Below, piece after piece: positions 13,011-26,154 of a stretch of 64,000 nucleotides of DNA. The stretch is taken from assembly GCF_009834535.1 (NCBI RefSeq), contig NC_045707.1, positions 64,296,001 to 64,360,000 on the forward strand, given 5' to 3'. Below the pieces are notes generated by a model. That model was not told the DNA's origin and searched no databases. It was given only the letters and a program-made list of their open reading frames with translations. Origin of the DNA: Camelus ferus (lineage: Eukaryota). The translations under genes and the position numbers were made by a program. Position 1 is the stretch's first letter, and each line of letters opens with the position of its first letter.

Positions 13011-13399
13011 TTGAAGCTACTTTTAGTCCTGAGTTGTCCAGATTAAAAAAAAAAATGCAAAAACCTGCAGTCATAGTTTTACTCTACAATGGTAGTGCTC
13101 AAGGCAGTGGCAGTAGGGTGAAGCAAGTGCAGATTCTTTCTGGAGAAATTTACTTTTATAGTAGGTCTCAAAGAATCCCCATAAATAATGTTTATAACCA
13201 ACTCTGTAAGGGAATTGTGCCCTTCCTGGGGGCAGCATATTCCCACAGTCTCCCATGAATAACCTCTTTTTCCCTTACTGCTCTTCATCTTAGCCCCAAG
13301 GTTTTTCCTTGCAGTTCCCTGGGAGTGAGAGGTCAGTTGAGTTTGCCTCTGGTTCACCTTTAACTTGACAGCGCAGTCTTGAATAACTATTTTATGGAG

Positions 13400-14478
13400 G
13401 AGAGAGATAATCAACTCAGTGGATACATCCCAGTTCTCACCCCGTTTGACCACTCATCGCTCGATCCAGTACACTGCTCCCTCCTTCTGGAATCTGTGAC
13501 TTCCCTTGGCTTCCATGGCATGATGTCCCCTGGTTCTTTAGCTTTTCAGTCCTTGGGATCTAATCCTTCTCCCTTCACCTTTTAACGTTAGAATTCCTGT
13601 GGCCCCGTTATTGACTCTCTCCTCCTTTCATGCTCGTTTCCTAGGTAAATTAGTCTAGGATGCCTCTCAACGCCATCTTGATTCTAATGAATATCTATCT
13701 CTAGACTGAATTTGGCATCTCTTCTGAGTTCCATTCCTATCTGACATCTGCACTTGACTATCTCAGTTTCCTGAACCAGAAAATGTTCTAAACTAAACTC
13801 AGATACTGATGTCTCTCCATCTTCCAACAGCCTCCAAACCTGATCCTTGTCTAGTATTACTTACTTCAGTCATAAGACACCACATTCAACCACTGCTCAC
13901 TCTAGAAATCTTCCTGCTTCTCTTACGTTTTAAGATATTTTCTCTCTTACTCCCTAGGCTGAAACCGTGCCTGTTTAAATTCCAAACTTCTTGGAAAGTC
14001 TTACCCAGGTTCTTTCATCTGCTGGGACTTACTCCTACACATGCTTCAAATCGCAGCTAAAATATCACCTCATCAGGGGAGCCTCCTCCCACCTCTTCTG
14101 CTGAGATAGATAGAGGAGGGAGTTCCTTTTTATGCAGTCTTCTTTTTTTATTGAAGTATAGTCAATTACAATATATCAATTTCCGGTGCACAGCACAATG
14201 TCCCAGTCATGTGTATACATACATACATTCATTTTCATATTTTTATTTATTTTTAATGCAGTGTTCTAACATGCTATGCTTCTCCTTCATAGTACTTTTA
14301 ACAACTATAATGTAAATAATTATATTAAAAGTAATTAATCATTTGTTCAGCATTTCATTATGTGTCTCCTCCACCATAAGTTCCTTGAGTGTGAAGGAAC
14401 TCCTGGTTTACCATTGCATCACCAGAAGAGTACTTGGCACATAGTGTGCATTCATGAGCGTTTGTTGAATGAATACAC
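13400..14478 (+). mobile_element. L2 LINE (RT remnant through 3' end)
   Basis: ORF 13379-13585 (DPVHCSLLLESVTSLGF) resembles L2 RT (DTVDHSLLLETLSSLGF). Ends tggcacatagtgtgcattcatgagcgtttgttgaatgaat. Confidence 0.8.
14144..14250 (-). mobile_element. Short young L1 3' tail inside L2
   Basis: ttttttattgaagtatagtcaattacaat...cagcacaatgtcccagtcatg. 17-nt TSD at 14127-14143 and 14251-14267 with 2 mismatches. Confidence 0.85.
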
Positions 14479-14699
14479 GAACGGATTATTAATGGCCCCA
14501 TTTGTTACTCAAACACTTGTAAAATGCTTTTGTGAATGCTCAAGAGTTCTCCAACTGCCCAAACTAAAGGATGCTATAAAATTTATTTCACTTCCCTAAG
14601 AAATATTTTTGGATTTTTCAAATTTGGGCTCTATCTGTGGAATCATGCATTTCAACTTTATCTGTCATGTCAGTTGGCTGGAAAATAAAGTTGACAGTT

Positions 14700-14983
14700 A
14701 CCAATGGGGAATGCGTGAAGGCTTTTGGTCAAGGCAATGGAGCACAGTCAGATAAATGGTTTCAGAAAGGAACTTTAGGATCAGTGTAGAGATTGGACTG
14801 AGTGGAGAAAGATCCAAGGCGAATGAAAAATTGTGAGAGACAATTAGAGGAGGAGTAGTGAGGCATGGGAAATAGGAGACTTATTTGAGAGACATTTCAG
14901 AAGCAGACTCTATAGGGCTTGGCAATATCATGGAGGGTGTGGATGGAGAGGGAGGAATTCAGGACAGATGGGAGAATCTGATG
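14700..14983 (-). mobile_element. L2 fragment
   Basis: caatggggaatgcgtgaaggcttttgg...atttgagagacatttcagaagcagactctatagggcttggcaat resembles antisense L2. Confidence 0.6.
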
Positions 14984-14995
14984 AGATTTGGGATT

Positions 14996-15171
14996 TTATT
15001 TTTTAATTGAAGTTCAGGCAGTTACAATGTGTCAATTTCTGGTGTACAGCACAATGTCCCAGTCATGCATATATAGACACACATATTGGTTTTTATTCTT
15101 TTTCATTAAAGGTTATTACAAGATGTTGAACGTAGTCCCCTGTGCTATACAGAAGAAACTTTTCTTTTTTT
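14996..15171 (-). mobile_element. Short young L1 3' tail
   Basis: Same 3' UTR family as 14144. TSD ag(a/t)tttgggatt at 14984-14995 and 15172-15183. Confidence 0.85.
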
Positions 15172-17699
15172 AGTTTTGGGATTAATCTTGTCTTTATTCA
15201 CCTGAACTGCTTATGGTGTGGTTGGTTAAGGCATGTATATTTATACATATCAGAATTTCTCGATTTTCCGTATTACTAAAAACCGACACCGCAACCCAGT
15301 TTTCCTGACTCCTCTATTTTTATTTCCTGACTCTAATTTTATCTGTTATGAAAGTTTTTTCCGAAACCATGGCCTCCTTGACTGGTTCCTGATACCCCCA
15401 CAAGTCCTTCTCAGTTACTGCTCCAGGAAGGTTAGGTTCTGTCTCTCAGCTGCCAGTACCAATTCAGAACCTATTGGGATCTGATTACTGCATGCCAAAC
15501 TTTCTTTTAGAATTGTTGCTGTATGGATTCCCACTGCTTACATTAATTCCTATTTCTTGGTCCTAGCCTTTTGCTTGTATTACCCCTGCTCTTGCTAAAC
15601 CGTTTGGATATTCGATTATCTGGCTGCTTGCATAAAAGCAAGCCCACTGCCAAGCTCGTTTCCTCTAACATGCTTCCTGCCTGTTCTCAGCTTTCTCCCA
15701 ACTGGCCTTTATTTCTGACATCTTGGCCTGTCTTTTCTCCCAAATGTTTCTTAGTGATGGAACTTTCTAACTCAGGCAGCCGGGTAAACGAAGAATCAAT
15801 TTAGACAACCAATTCCTCCCTCCCTTTTTTCCCTGTTGAGTTTGCCTCAACATTTTTTTTTCAATGCTTCTGCATTATGGTTAAATATCTGTTCTTTCAA
15901 ATGCAGTGTAATTTTTCTCACCTTCAGATTTGCCTTATTGATATACAATAGCTTCTTCTAAGTGTGAAAAGCCCTAAACTCAGTGCTTGACCTTGTGAGG
16001 TTCTCTACCTGGCTGATCCTCATGGGCCAGTAATTGCAAAGTTGAACCTGTCCGGCACAGGGCAGGCATCTTCCCTCTGCCCTGGAGAGCATTTCTGTTC
16101 TTCCAGAAGGTGGTGGTGTTGGAAGACCGGGGGACGGGGGGGCATCTCCCTCCACGCCGCTCATGATCAGCCCCTTTTACCCCTCACTCTGCTCAGGGTC
16201 TTTCCTGAAGGTGCTTTTGTGTCTCAGTATCATTTCAAGGCTTCAGTGAAGTAAGAATTTTCTCCACAGAAAGTTTATGGAGCCTTCCTTTAGAGTCGAC
16301 TGGTTGTGCTCCCATAAGACAGTCAAAAGATGATATGAGAAATTGTAATTTGTAAAATGATGACTTCACACATGAAAATATGTAAACATAGTTAACTTAT
16401 TAGATTTTATCCAAATAGTTTTAGGTTGTGGGATTTCTTCAAAATGTATAGCTAATTTCTGTGTATAGTATATATACGTATAGATGGACCGTAGATCATA
16501 TCCTATAAACAGTTTAATATATACTTAATATGGAACATGATTTAGATTTTAGCACATATATTAAACTATTTGAATATGAATTTTTGTGTATTTACCTTAA
16601 GGAGTAGGAAGCAAAAATCTCTTTTGGAAGGGTAAGATTCTGGAGGGGAGAAAAACAGTATTTTACAGAAAGATAGATTGAATTACATGCCAAAAGTACT
16701 CAATGCAAATTCAGTTGTTTTAAATGTATCAAATATCAAAATGTAATTTTCGAATTAAAAAAAAGTACTCTTAACATTAGCATCTTGATTTTTATGCGGC
16801 TCGTTAATAGTTAGTGAATAGTGCCAAGTGGCTTCTAAAACTGAGCTATTTTTTTTCCATTTAAATCGTGCTTTCCAAGACCTGTAAGATTTTTCCAATA
16901 TTCTTAGAGATATCTGTGTGTAAAGCATGAAGTCAAGATTTTTTTGGATGTGATGCTGAATATCAGATTGAATGTAATATTTTGTCACGGGGGATAATCC
17001 GTAGGTATTTTACAGTGTAAAATGTTTAATTTACAGGAATGATTAGGTGGGCTCTGCAGATTTTATCTTACAAAATAATGGAAATAATAATGGAAAATCC
17101 TAATCTCAGTTGGATCTCTTGACTGGACTGCCTAAGGTAAGTATGCTTCTAATAAAGGAGCAGTTTCTGAGATGATTGCTTCACGGTTGCTGTTCATGAG
17201 ATATACTGGGGCCCTTAAGACACTGGTCCGGGGGTTGACAAGCAGTCTTTCCCTCTTAGCCTCTCTGCATCCAGTTCTGTGCTACGTGCCATTAGGTTTT
17301 AGACGTTTAATCTGACGTATAGTCCTTGACATGTAAGAAGTCTTTGCATTATGGAACGACGTGCCGTAGAGTTCCTTTTAAATGGCAGGCTTTCCACGTG
17401 GCCTCTCTCCAGCTGGGCCAGGATCTGTCTGCCTTTGGGAGGGACTATATTTGTGGCTGCTCCTTTGTCACTCATCTCTCAGGAGCTTATAGTCATGAGT
17501 CAGAACAGAGAAGCCCCAGCCTTCCTCTGATGTTCCCTCCCTACATAGGAAGCTTCGTTCGAAGAACCAGGATTCCTCATAGACTTTGTCTTTACACAGA
17601 AGGCTGCACCACTCAAGTCCCAAGATCAGTCTGTCCTTGTTCACAGAAAAAGTGCTGGCTCCTCAGTCCCCTGCCCCACTCTGAATCCTAAGAGCTCCC

Positions 17700-18420
17700 T
17701 GAATTTTGCATCCACTCATTGAATAAGTCCTCTCTGTTCTACCTGCATATCTCAGAAGCCATCCTCTTTTCTCCATGCCCACTACCACTCTTCTAGGTCT
17801 GGTCACCACCGTCCCTTGTTGATACCACTACCATAGCTCCTCCTGTTACTGTAGCCTTCAGTTTCACCTCCCAGAAGTCTGCTGTCTGTATTTCACTGTT
17901 GCTAAAACGCAGACACTTCAGTTGCTTCCTTTTGCCACCAGGATAAAGTCCAAACTCGACATGGTGTAGTTTTCACCTCCCTCTACCCTTGGCTCTCACT
18001 GTCATGTCTCCAGCTTCTTTTGTATTTCCCGTGTTCTTTGTTGACCCTGGGCCTTTGCACGTGCGGCCGTGGCCTGGAATGCCGCTCTCCTTCTGTTCTC
18101 CCTCTGCCGCCTCCTCTGCCTCTCCTCCCTCCTCTCTGACAAGCTGTCTTGCCTTCCTAATGAACTCATCATGCAGGTATAAACCTTGATGTTGAACACT
18201 CTGGAAATCTTCTCCAGTCGACTCTCCAAACTGAATTAGGTGCCATGCGTGTGTGTTCTGTTAGACATACCACTCTGTATGTAATGGCCTGTTTGTTATC
18301 TCCCCAACTAGACCACAAGGCTGCTGAAGACAAGCACGTATGTTGCCTACCACTGAATCCTCAGCACCTGTGAAGTTGCCTGGCACATGCTGGCATTTGC
18401 TTTATGCTTGTTAAGTGACT
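17700..18420 (+). mobile_element. L2 LINE 3' region
   Basis: aggataaagtccaaactc, gggcctttgcacgtgc...tggaatgccgctctcc, ctagaccacaag, cctggcacat...ttgttaagtga. Confidence 0.75.
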
Positions 18421-19254
18421 ATTACCTTGTGCCCCCTTACCCCTTGCTCCTGATTTCGTTCCTGTGTGTCGTTGGCTCCAGACACCTGGGCTTCTCTCCT
18501 GCGTGCCGTTTTGTGATGGCCGCTGTTGAATCTGACATCCAGGCCAGCTTTTCGTCCTTTGATCTTGGCAGTTTTCTCTCTCGGATGTCTTTTATATCAG
18601 CCCTTCGGCCCTCTCTGTTTTAACTGCTTTGAAAAACTACCCTCCCCGTGACATTGTCCGCCTGGCTGATGTCCCTTCTGAGCCTGTGCCTGCACGAAGG
18701 GTTGGCGGGACGGGGATTAGATATTCTGTTCCTAATTGCCTGATGCTACAGTAGCTGTGCAGAGGTAAACATGTTAGGCTTTCTTTTTGGCAGCTAGAGA
18801 ACTACTGGGGAGCTTATCCTGTCATCTGAATACATCCCAGTGCAGCCACATTTTCCTTGCTGATTGATAATGTGGTGCGTCAGCTAAGAGTCTTGTGTCT
18901 GTTCCTCTCAGCCCATTCACTGTGAGCACCACGTCTCTAATTAGCCGCTTACTCTAAAACTGTGTCCATCCCTCCTCTTTATCTGAGACTGCTTTCTGCA
19001 AGTTGTAGCAAGACTCAGGGAGAAACACATTAATTATTGCTTTCTCACCAGCCTCTGTCTCCTTTTTTTCCCATTTCCAAGTTCTAACTCAAAGGGTAGA
19101 GGCGAAAGCGTTCCCCCAGATCTTTTCCAAGCTGCCAAGAATTTCCTCCGAAGAGGAGAGAGTGACTGAATTATTCTCTTGGTTCTGTTTTCTCCTCTCC
19201 TCTGCTTCCTGTTCTGTCAGGACGTTTTGCCCTTCTTAAGAGTGACTGCTTCTC

Positions 19255-19940
19255 TGTCCATATAGCTGTTGGCCATTTGTATGTCTTCTTTGGAGAAATG
19301 TCTGTTCAGGCCTTTTGCCTATTTTTAATTGGGTTATTTGCAGGGAGAGGGGGTTGCTACTGAGTAGAAGGAGTTCCTTATATGTTTTGGATATACCCCC
19401 TCATCAGATACATGGTTTGTAATTATTTTCTTCCTTTTTGTAGGTTGCCTTTTTACTCTGTTCATTGTTTTCTTGGCTGTGCAGATACTTCTGGTTTGAT
19501 GTAGTCCCACTTACCAATTTTTTTTTTTGGTTTTATTATCTGTGCTTGTGTCATTCAGGAAATTGTTGCCAAATTTAATGTTGTGAACCCTTGTCCCTGT
19601 GTTTTCTCTTCTGGGAGTTTTCAGTTTCAGATCTTATCTCTAGATCTTTAATCCATTTTGAATTGATTCTTGTGAATCCTCAAAAAATCAAAAATAGAAG
19701 TAACATATGATGCAGCAATCCCACTTCTGGGTCGTTGTCCAGAATAATTGAAATTAGGTTCTTGCTATGTATGGTGGAATATTATTCAGCCTTACAAAAG
19801 GAAATCCTTCCATGTGCAACTTGAGAGCATTATGCTGAGTGAAATAAGTCAGTCATAGAAGGACAAATACTGCATGCTTCCACTTACCTGAGGTACACAG
19901 AAGAGTCAAACCCACAGAAAAGAGAGTAGAATGGTGAGAA
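19255..19940. mobile_element. L1 (L1MA/MB-type) with inverted 5' segment
   Basis: About 19255-19675 is antisense ORF2 (gttggccatttgtatgtcttctttggagaaatgtct). About 19676-19940 is sense 3' end (catatgatgcagcaatcccacttctggg...gaaggacaaatactgcatg). Confidence 0.8.
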
Positions 19941-20515
19941 GGAGAAAGAGGAGAAGGAAGAGAATGAATTTGTTAACTGCCATTTTGGCTTCTTTTTGAG
20001 TCAGGCACACCTAGCAATTTAAAGCCTTTTATAAACTTCTACAAGGTCCTGCTTAAGGGACTTTGAATCATTTTTCCTTTTGAAAATTAAATAGTTCAAA
20101 TAACAACTAATCTTGTAATAGCATCATGTCTGTACACCCCTCAGAAGGATCCCCAAACTTTTTTTTTTTTTTTTTTTAGTTCATGGGAGGTCCTTGCTCA
20201 CTTGTGACACAAAGGGATGTTTTTCTGGTGGTCAGGAACAGAGCATGGATTTTCATTTTTAGATAAACAAAGAATGAGTTCATGAGTGTCTGTCAGAGCC
20301 CTGTAGAAGAAAACTTTATAGATGACCCTCAAGTGAGAATGGTGATTTTAGTTTTTAGAGAAAATGAAATAGGCTGATATAGGACTTTGTGTCTGAGGAT
20401 AGGTAAGCAATACTGTGTGAATGGAGTCCGAGTAAACTCAGGTAACTTTTTCATAACAGTGGGTCTGCAAAGTAATGGATGCAACAATAAAAGAAATGAT
20501 TTTGCTTGACCAAAG

Positions 20516-20812
20516 CAGCACTGAACAATAGAAATAATGCAGTCCACATATGCAGTGTTCAAGTTCCTAGTAGCCTTATCTAAGAAGTAAAAGCCAACAA
20601 GAGAAATTAATAATAATTTTTATTTAGTTAAATATATCCAAAATGTTATCATTTCAGCATCTAGTCCGTGGCATATTCTAAGTGCAACTGGAGTACTAAG
20701 TCTTTGAAATTCTGTGTGTATTTCACACTTACAGCCCAGTTCAGTTCTGACTGACCGCATTTCAAGTAGTCCGTAGCCATGTGGCTACTGGCTACCACAT
20801 TGGGTAACACAG
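20516..20812 (+). mobile_element. MER33-like hAT-Charlie DNA transposon
   Basis: cagcactgaacaatagaaat...tactaagtctttgaaattctgtgtgtatttcacacttacagc...atgtggctactggctaccacattgg matches recalled MER33. Confidence 0.8.
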
Positions 20813-20989
20813 ATCTAGAGCCTAAAGAAAGTGTCTGTCTTAGGGAGTATGAGAGTAGCTGCGAGATGAAAACTAAGGATCAGATGATCAGATTCCCCCA
20901 CAGAATGGCGTCCTGAAGTACAAAATGACTTTTGTTATGAATGAATTAGAAATTTGTATTTCTTGCTCTGTCAAGTTTGTAGTCTGAGT

Positions 20990-21095
20990 TCCCTACCTGT
21001 TAACACTCACCTCACAAAGTGGTTTAGATTATTAAATAGGAAAATTTATACAAAGAATACGGTACAATGTCTGACCCACAGAAGGAGCTCAGTAC
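20990..21095 (+). mobile_element. MIR fragment
   Basis: acctcacaaagtggtttagattattaaatagg...tacaatgtctgacccacagaaggagctcagta. Confidence 0.55.
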
Positions 21096-21844
21096 CTGCC
21101 CTGTTCCTCAGTGCAAATCCAGAGAGACCAAGGCCATAGGTTTTAATCTTCTTTTAAGATCAATAAGCTTTTGAAGATGGATGTCTGAAGATTTTGGGAT
21201 GTGGTCACCGGGGTCATTAGGTGAGAAAGTATAAATGAGTAAATGCCACTTGTTTTCACAAAAGGATGGCTATATTAAATTTGATGACATTCTGAGGCTA
21301 TGATAGTCACATTTTCCATGAAGACCAGTGTTTGGAATTAGAAACAGGTGTATACTGAGGAGCGTGTTAAGTGCAGGTGTCCACGTTGGTCTGTTCACTC
21401 ATAAATAGACTAAACAAATGCTGAAAAAATATATTGAATTTCCTTTCTGAGTTTAAATTGTTTTAAAAGTGAGAAAAGCATCCTAGCCATAGGAAACGTC
21501 CAGGATTAGGAGGTTGGATTATTTTTTTTTTGAGACACATACTAATTTTCTTGTTGTTTACGTTATGCTTGAATAGAATGCTGCCATTTTGTCAACAGTA
21601 TTCAGGCCTAACGGGAAAGAAAATGGTATTAGAGGCAGAGGCTAAAAAGAAAGTTTGTCACATGTATGTTAGCCATACATGTAAGAAGCTGGGTGGAAGA
21701 ATGCAGTTATCCACCATCATGGCAGAAACACACCATGAAGATATAAAGGAGAGGGTGAGGATTTGGGAGAAAGTACTCAGGTCCTTCTCTGCGTCGTATC
21801 GTATGGCAGTGAAATCCGGGTAACTACTGCCTGAAGACAGCACT

Positions 21845-22093
21845 ATAGTTAGGCTCTAGCTAGAACTATTGTGACAAAGACCCAGGTCATCAGTGGTATA
21901 AACAATATAAAAGTTTAGTTCTCTCTCGTAAGAGTAAGCAGCCCAGAGCAGACATCATGGCTTCTCAGAGTCAGAAATCTGTGACCTAGATTATGGCCCG
22001 TGTGGCCCTTTGACCATGCCCTTGACTCTGTCTTTGAGGGTCTTGCACCCAAACTCAATAAAAATTGCAGAGGAAGGACAGGATAGTCACAGT

Positions 22094-22131
<38 letters not shown>

Positions 22132-23620
22132 AAGAAAAAAACGGGAAAAAAAAGGAAGAAAAAGAAAAGAAAAAAAGCTCAAAGCAGGGAAGACTGGGAA
22201 AGAGCAGTCCCTGGCCTTTAGCATCATCAGATCTTGCTGAGGAGGACTTCGCCTTTCTGCCTGCCTGGTAGCTTGGTCAGTCCTTGGTTAGCTCAGTGGG
22301 CAACCTCTTGTTCTGCTTTCTGAGGAAATCCTTTCCCTATTGCACTCCGTGGTCCCTGGATTTGCCCTCTGGGACATTCTTCCTTATGCACCTTGCTCTT
22401 GGGAAATGTTCTCAGGGGTTGCTTTACAGGTTGAGCTGACATGGGCTTTCTTCACGCTATATGTGTGGTTTCTTTAGCAACGTTATTTTCCTCAGAACCC
22501 TAGTATAGTCTGTTGGCTTCACAGACAAGCAGCCAAAGATGTTCAGTAGTCGGACTTCTTACATCGGAAGACCTTTTATTACCTGGACTTGTTCCTTTGC
22601 CCGTTCTCCCCATGTTATGGGTGCCTCCCTGAGGCTGTCCGAAACAGTGGGGTTGATTGCAAAGGCTCTAACATTAACCTGATCGTTGCTTGTGGACTGG
22701 GCTCACTGACTTCTGGGGAGATGCTTGAGAAGTCCTGAGGGTACAGGTCTTAGGTCTTTCTAAGTCTCCATCTTTAGAGCCTCTTCTTAGCTCAGTTTCA
22801 GTTTTGGATATAGAAGGAATGAACTTCTTCAATGATGCACATTTCTAAATTACTGGACTGTTTGTCCATTTAGATTGAAAGTTATATGCAATAAAAAAAA
22901 ACTCCCTTAAATGTATTCCTTTCTACCTATGCTTACAAATATTCTAGATCTTTTTCCAGGTCTTTCCTAAAAGTCTCAAAAGGCAGCCAATATACACCAG
23001 CATTTTGAGTTTTTTCAGCAAGTTCCTAGACTCACAGGCCATGTTCATATGTACTCTGTCTTCCAAGGCATCAGAGGTAACAGTTTTCATAAATGTATTT
23101 CCAAAGAATAGTAAGAGTCACCAACTTTCTATCTCCCGGTGTCTCTTTCCCTTCCACCTGCTGCCCACCTCTTAAGCCAATGCCACATAGGTTAGATTCT
23201 GTTGTGACAACCCCAATTCCAATATCCAATTTTAAATTAATTAAGCTGCAGATACAGTTGTTGTTATGGAATTCCAAAATAACAGTAGTTTAAATAAGAT
23301 AGCTTATTTCTGTCTTCTATGGAAGCCCAGAGGAAAACAGTCCAGAACAGGGAAGCAGCTTTGCGACAACTTCCACTTTGTAGTTGAAGATGACTTCCTG
23401 AGCTCTAGTCATCATACCCACATGGTAGCTGCTGGGGAGGGGAAGCTGAGAGAGGGGATGTACCTTCTTTCTCTTAAAAACATGTCTTGGGAGTTTTGTA
23501 CGTTTATGTGCCTCTTACATTAGCCAGAACTTAGTCATATGACCACATCTCATTGCAAAGAAGGCTGGAAAATGAGATCTTTACCTGCGCAGTCATGATC
23601 CCCCCTAAAAATGTTAGTAC
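21845..23620 (-). mobile_element. Old MaLR (MLT1J/K/L-like) remnant: LTR piece, internal sequence, LTR
   Basis: LTR-like starts at about 21845 and 23234. The MLT-int/LTR junction acaaccccaattccaatatccaatttt is at about 23207-23233, and cattagccagaacttagtcatatgaccaca is at about 23520. Confidence 0.55.
22094..22176. repeat. A-rich (GAAAA)n low-complexity tract
   Basis: Read directly. Confidence 0.95.
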
Positions 23621-24344
23621 AACGTTGGCGTTGCTGTTCATCTGCTTTACAGGCATTGGGTAACTTTTATTTTATCACTTAAGAACTGTTCCCTCCTTTC
23701 GCTTCTTAGGAACTAAATAACCAAGTGTGGACCTAAGTGATGCTCATGGATTCCAAAGTGGCAGAACGGTTTTGAAGAACTTCTAGTTTTGTTTGGCAAA
23801 GTAATTAACCTGCTGGAAAGATCAGCATTTGTTTCTTGGTCTCAAAGATTTTATACCATTTCCATAGACCACAAAACTAATAAGACAACTGTGAACAGAA
23901 TATTGGAAACTACAGAAACCAAATATAGTGTCTCCCAAATTAGCATTTTTAAAAAATCTTCTTTTCTAGACTTGCTTTCTAGAAACAGCCCTTTTCTCGT
24001 CTTTGCTTTTTACTGCCGGTCTTTCCCTGATCTACACGGATAGCAAGAGCAGAGCATCTAAATTTAGATTCAGATCTCCTTGCCTGCAGTGAAGCTACAG
24101 TGGTAATTTCCCCCTAGGCATGGGCTGCTAGATCTAACAAGGGCACGTGTTAGGATTGCCAACTATTCTTCAGACTGTTTTCAGATTTTTCACGTTGTGG
24201 ATTAAATGGTATTGTTAAAACACTGGCGTTTATTAATTTTACTATGAATATAACCAAGCCTGACTTCTGACTCAATTTTGGTGCAAATTAGTGGCAAGTG
24301 AACAATCCTTAGGTCAGACAAACTGTGCTCTGAACTGTACTCTG

Positions 24345-24351
<7 letters not shown>

Positions 24352-24388
<37 letters not shown>
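24352..24388. repeat. (TG)n microsatellite
   Basis: Read directly. Confidence 0.95.
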
Positions 24389-24392
<4 letters not shown>

Positions 24393-24524
24393 CGTAGCCA
24401 ATCTCTTATATGTTGGAGGAGGGGGGCTGGGAAGATGTCACCTGTCTTATCTCTTCAAGTCTCAAATTCTTGATCTTAATTTCAACCATAAGTTCTTAAT
24501 ATATATATCTCTAGATCTGTTCTT

Positions 24525-24667
24525 TTTCCTAAGCCTTCCCCCTGTATTTCTAATCGGACAGTTAGGGATAATAATTGAACTTACTAGGGCTGTAGATGGG
24601 TAAATGAGATGCTGTATAAAATCACATAGGACAGTGCCTAACAGCCAAGTGATAATTATTATTATTG
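24525..24667 (+). mobile_element. MIR
   Basis: gggataataattgaacttactagggctgtagatgggtaaatgagat...aggacagtgcctaaca...attattattatt. Confidence 0.65.
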
Positions 24668-25011
24668 TGGCCACGGGGAGTGAACCAAATCAATAAATCT
24701 ATCAGCTGTGATATACTTCATGAGAAATGGTATAGGTGTGTATGTGTGTGCATGTATGTATGTGTGTGGTGTTAAAATAAAAATCGTTCAAAGTCACACA
24801 GTCACATTTTTCTTTAAAAAGAAGCTGTGACTGAGAAATACTACTCTGTCTGACCTAGAATTTCCCTCTTCTTTTGCTCTGAACTTCGCAAATAATAGAT
24901 AAGTAGTTAGTAAATGTTTGGTACTTGTTAAAATGAGTTCACTAATATGCAGGTTTTTTAATGAGCCTAAGATTCTCTACTATTAATATATACATATTAA
25001 TGTGTTACTAT

Positions 25012-25245
25012 TAATGACATTTATAGCCACATGCCAGTCATTATTAAGTGCATATCATACGCCATCTCATTTAAACCTCACAGTTACACCTGATGGTATA
25101 TTTTCTCTCTATATATTTTGCGGATAAATATACCGGTTTGCAGAGCAGTTAGTAGCTGACACATACAGGAGCATGTGCCAAGTAACTGGGACATGCAGGA
25201 ATAGAACTCAGGGTCAGTTGTGTCTAAAGTCTATTCTTTTCACCA
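25012..25245 (-). mobile_element. MIR
   Basis: atctcatttaaacctcacag...ggaatagaactcagggtcagttgtgtctaaagtctattctttt. Confidence 0.65.
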
Positions 25246-25879
25246 AAATATTGTACAAAATTTAAATGTGTGTGTGAAAATATCAGAACGGCTACAGAAC
25301 AGCAGTATTTACACCAATAACACAATCTTGGGACATTTTTCTGTAGGCCAGCCTGAGAGAGGTGCCCGTGGCCTCGCTCTCCCAGACAGGCAGGTGTATG
25401 GAAATACAGAATTCACCTGCTGCGGGAAATGCCAGTCAGAATTGTCAAGTGTCCCTTACTGATGTTTTTTGGCTTTGGATTGTATTTGAGATTTCATCTG
25501 GCTCTGAGAGGGAACAAAAGAGAGAAGGAGATTCAAAGAAAGAGCTCTGATACCCATCACTCTTTTGTTCCCAGTACTAGCCTTCAAAAGAAAATGCTTT
25601 CCAGTTCATCTTTCTCTGGCTAACATGCAGATATGTGATCAGTCATCAGGATGATCAGATGCACTCAAGAGAGCCTGTGAACCACCCACAGGCAGCTTTA
25701 GCATCTCAGCAGACCAGCGCCATTGTCCAGGAAATTTGCAGGTAACATTTTTAGCTGCAGTGGAGAAAGGCTGCCATAACAATGCATTTGACCCTTTGGA
25801 GGAACGTTTCTCATTAGAATTTAACAGAGCAGTTTAAAATTATCAGAAATGGTAGCCTGGATAAAGTCCCTGTTGTGGC

Positions 25880-26140
25880 TGTGGATCAGTTTTTCTACTG
25901 CTGCGTAACTTAACTACCAGAAACTTAGAAGGCTAGAACAGTACACTGTATTTTCTTGGAGCTTCTGTAGGTCAGACATCTGAGCACAGCATCACTGGGG
26001 CCTCTGCTCAGTGTCTCCCAGGCTGCAATGAAGGTGTTGCCCAGAGTTACAATCACATCTGAGGTTTGGGGTTCTCTTTCAAGCTCCTGCAATTTTTGGT
26101 AGACTTCAGTTCCTTGCAAATATAGGACTGAATGCTTCAG
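25880..26140 (-). mobile_element. MaLR LTR fragment (MLT1E/F-like)
   Basis: ctgctgcgtaacttaactaccagaaacttag...ttctgtaggtcag...aggctgcaatgaaggtgttg...cagttccttgc. Confidence 0.7.
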
Positions 26141-26154
26141 TATTAAAAGTCTAA

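Noticed and set aside
17037..17142. Plus-strand exon ending at a consensus donor AAG|GTAAGT (17136/17137)
   Set aside because: Stops in all three frames and a weak acceptor. An isolated donor is expected by chance, although a non-coding exon cannot be excluded
22010..22271. Lys/Arg-rich ORFs
   Set aside because: They are translations of the (GAAAA)n tract
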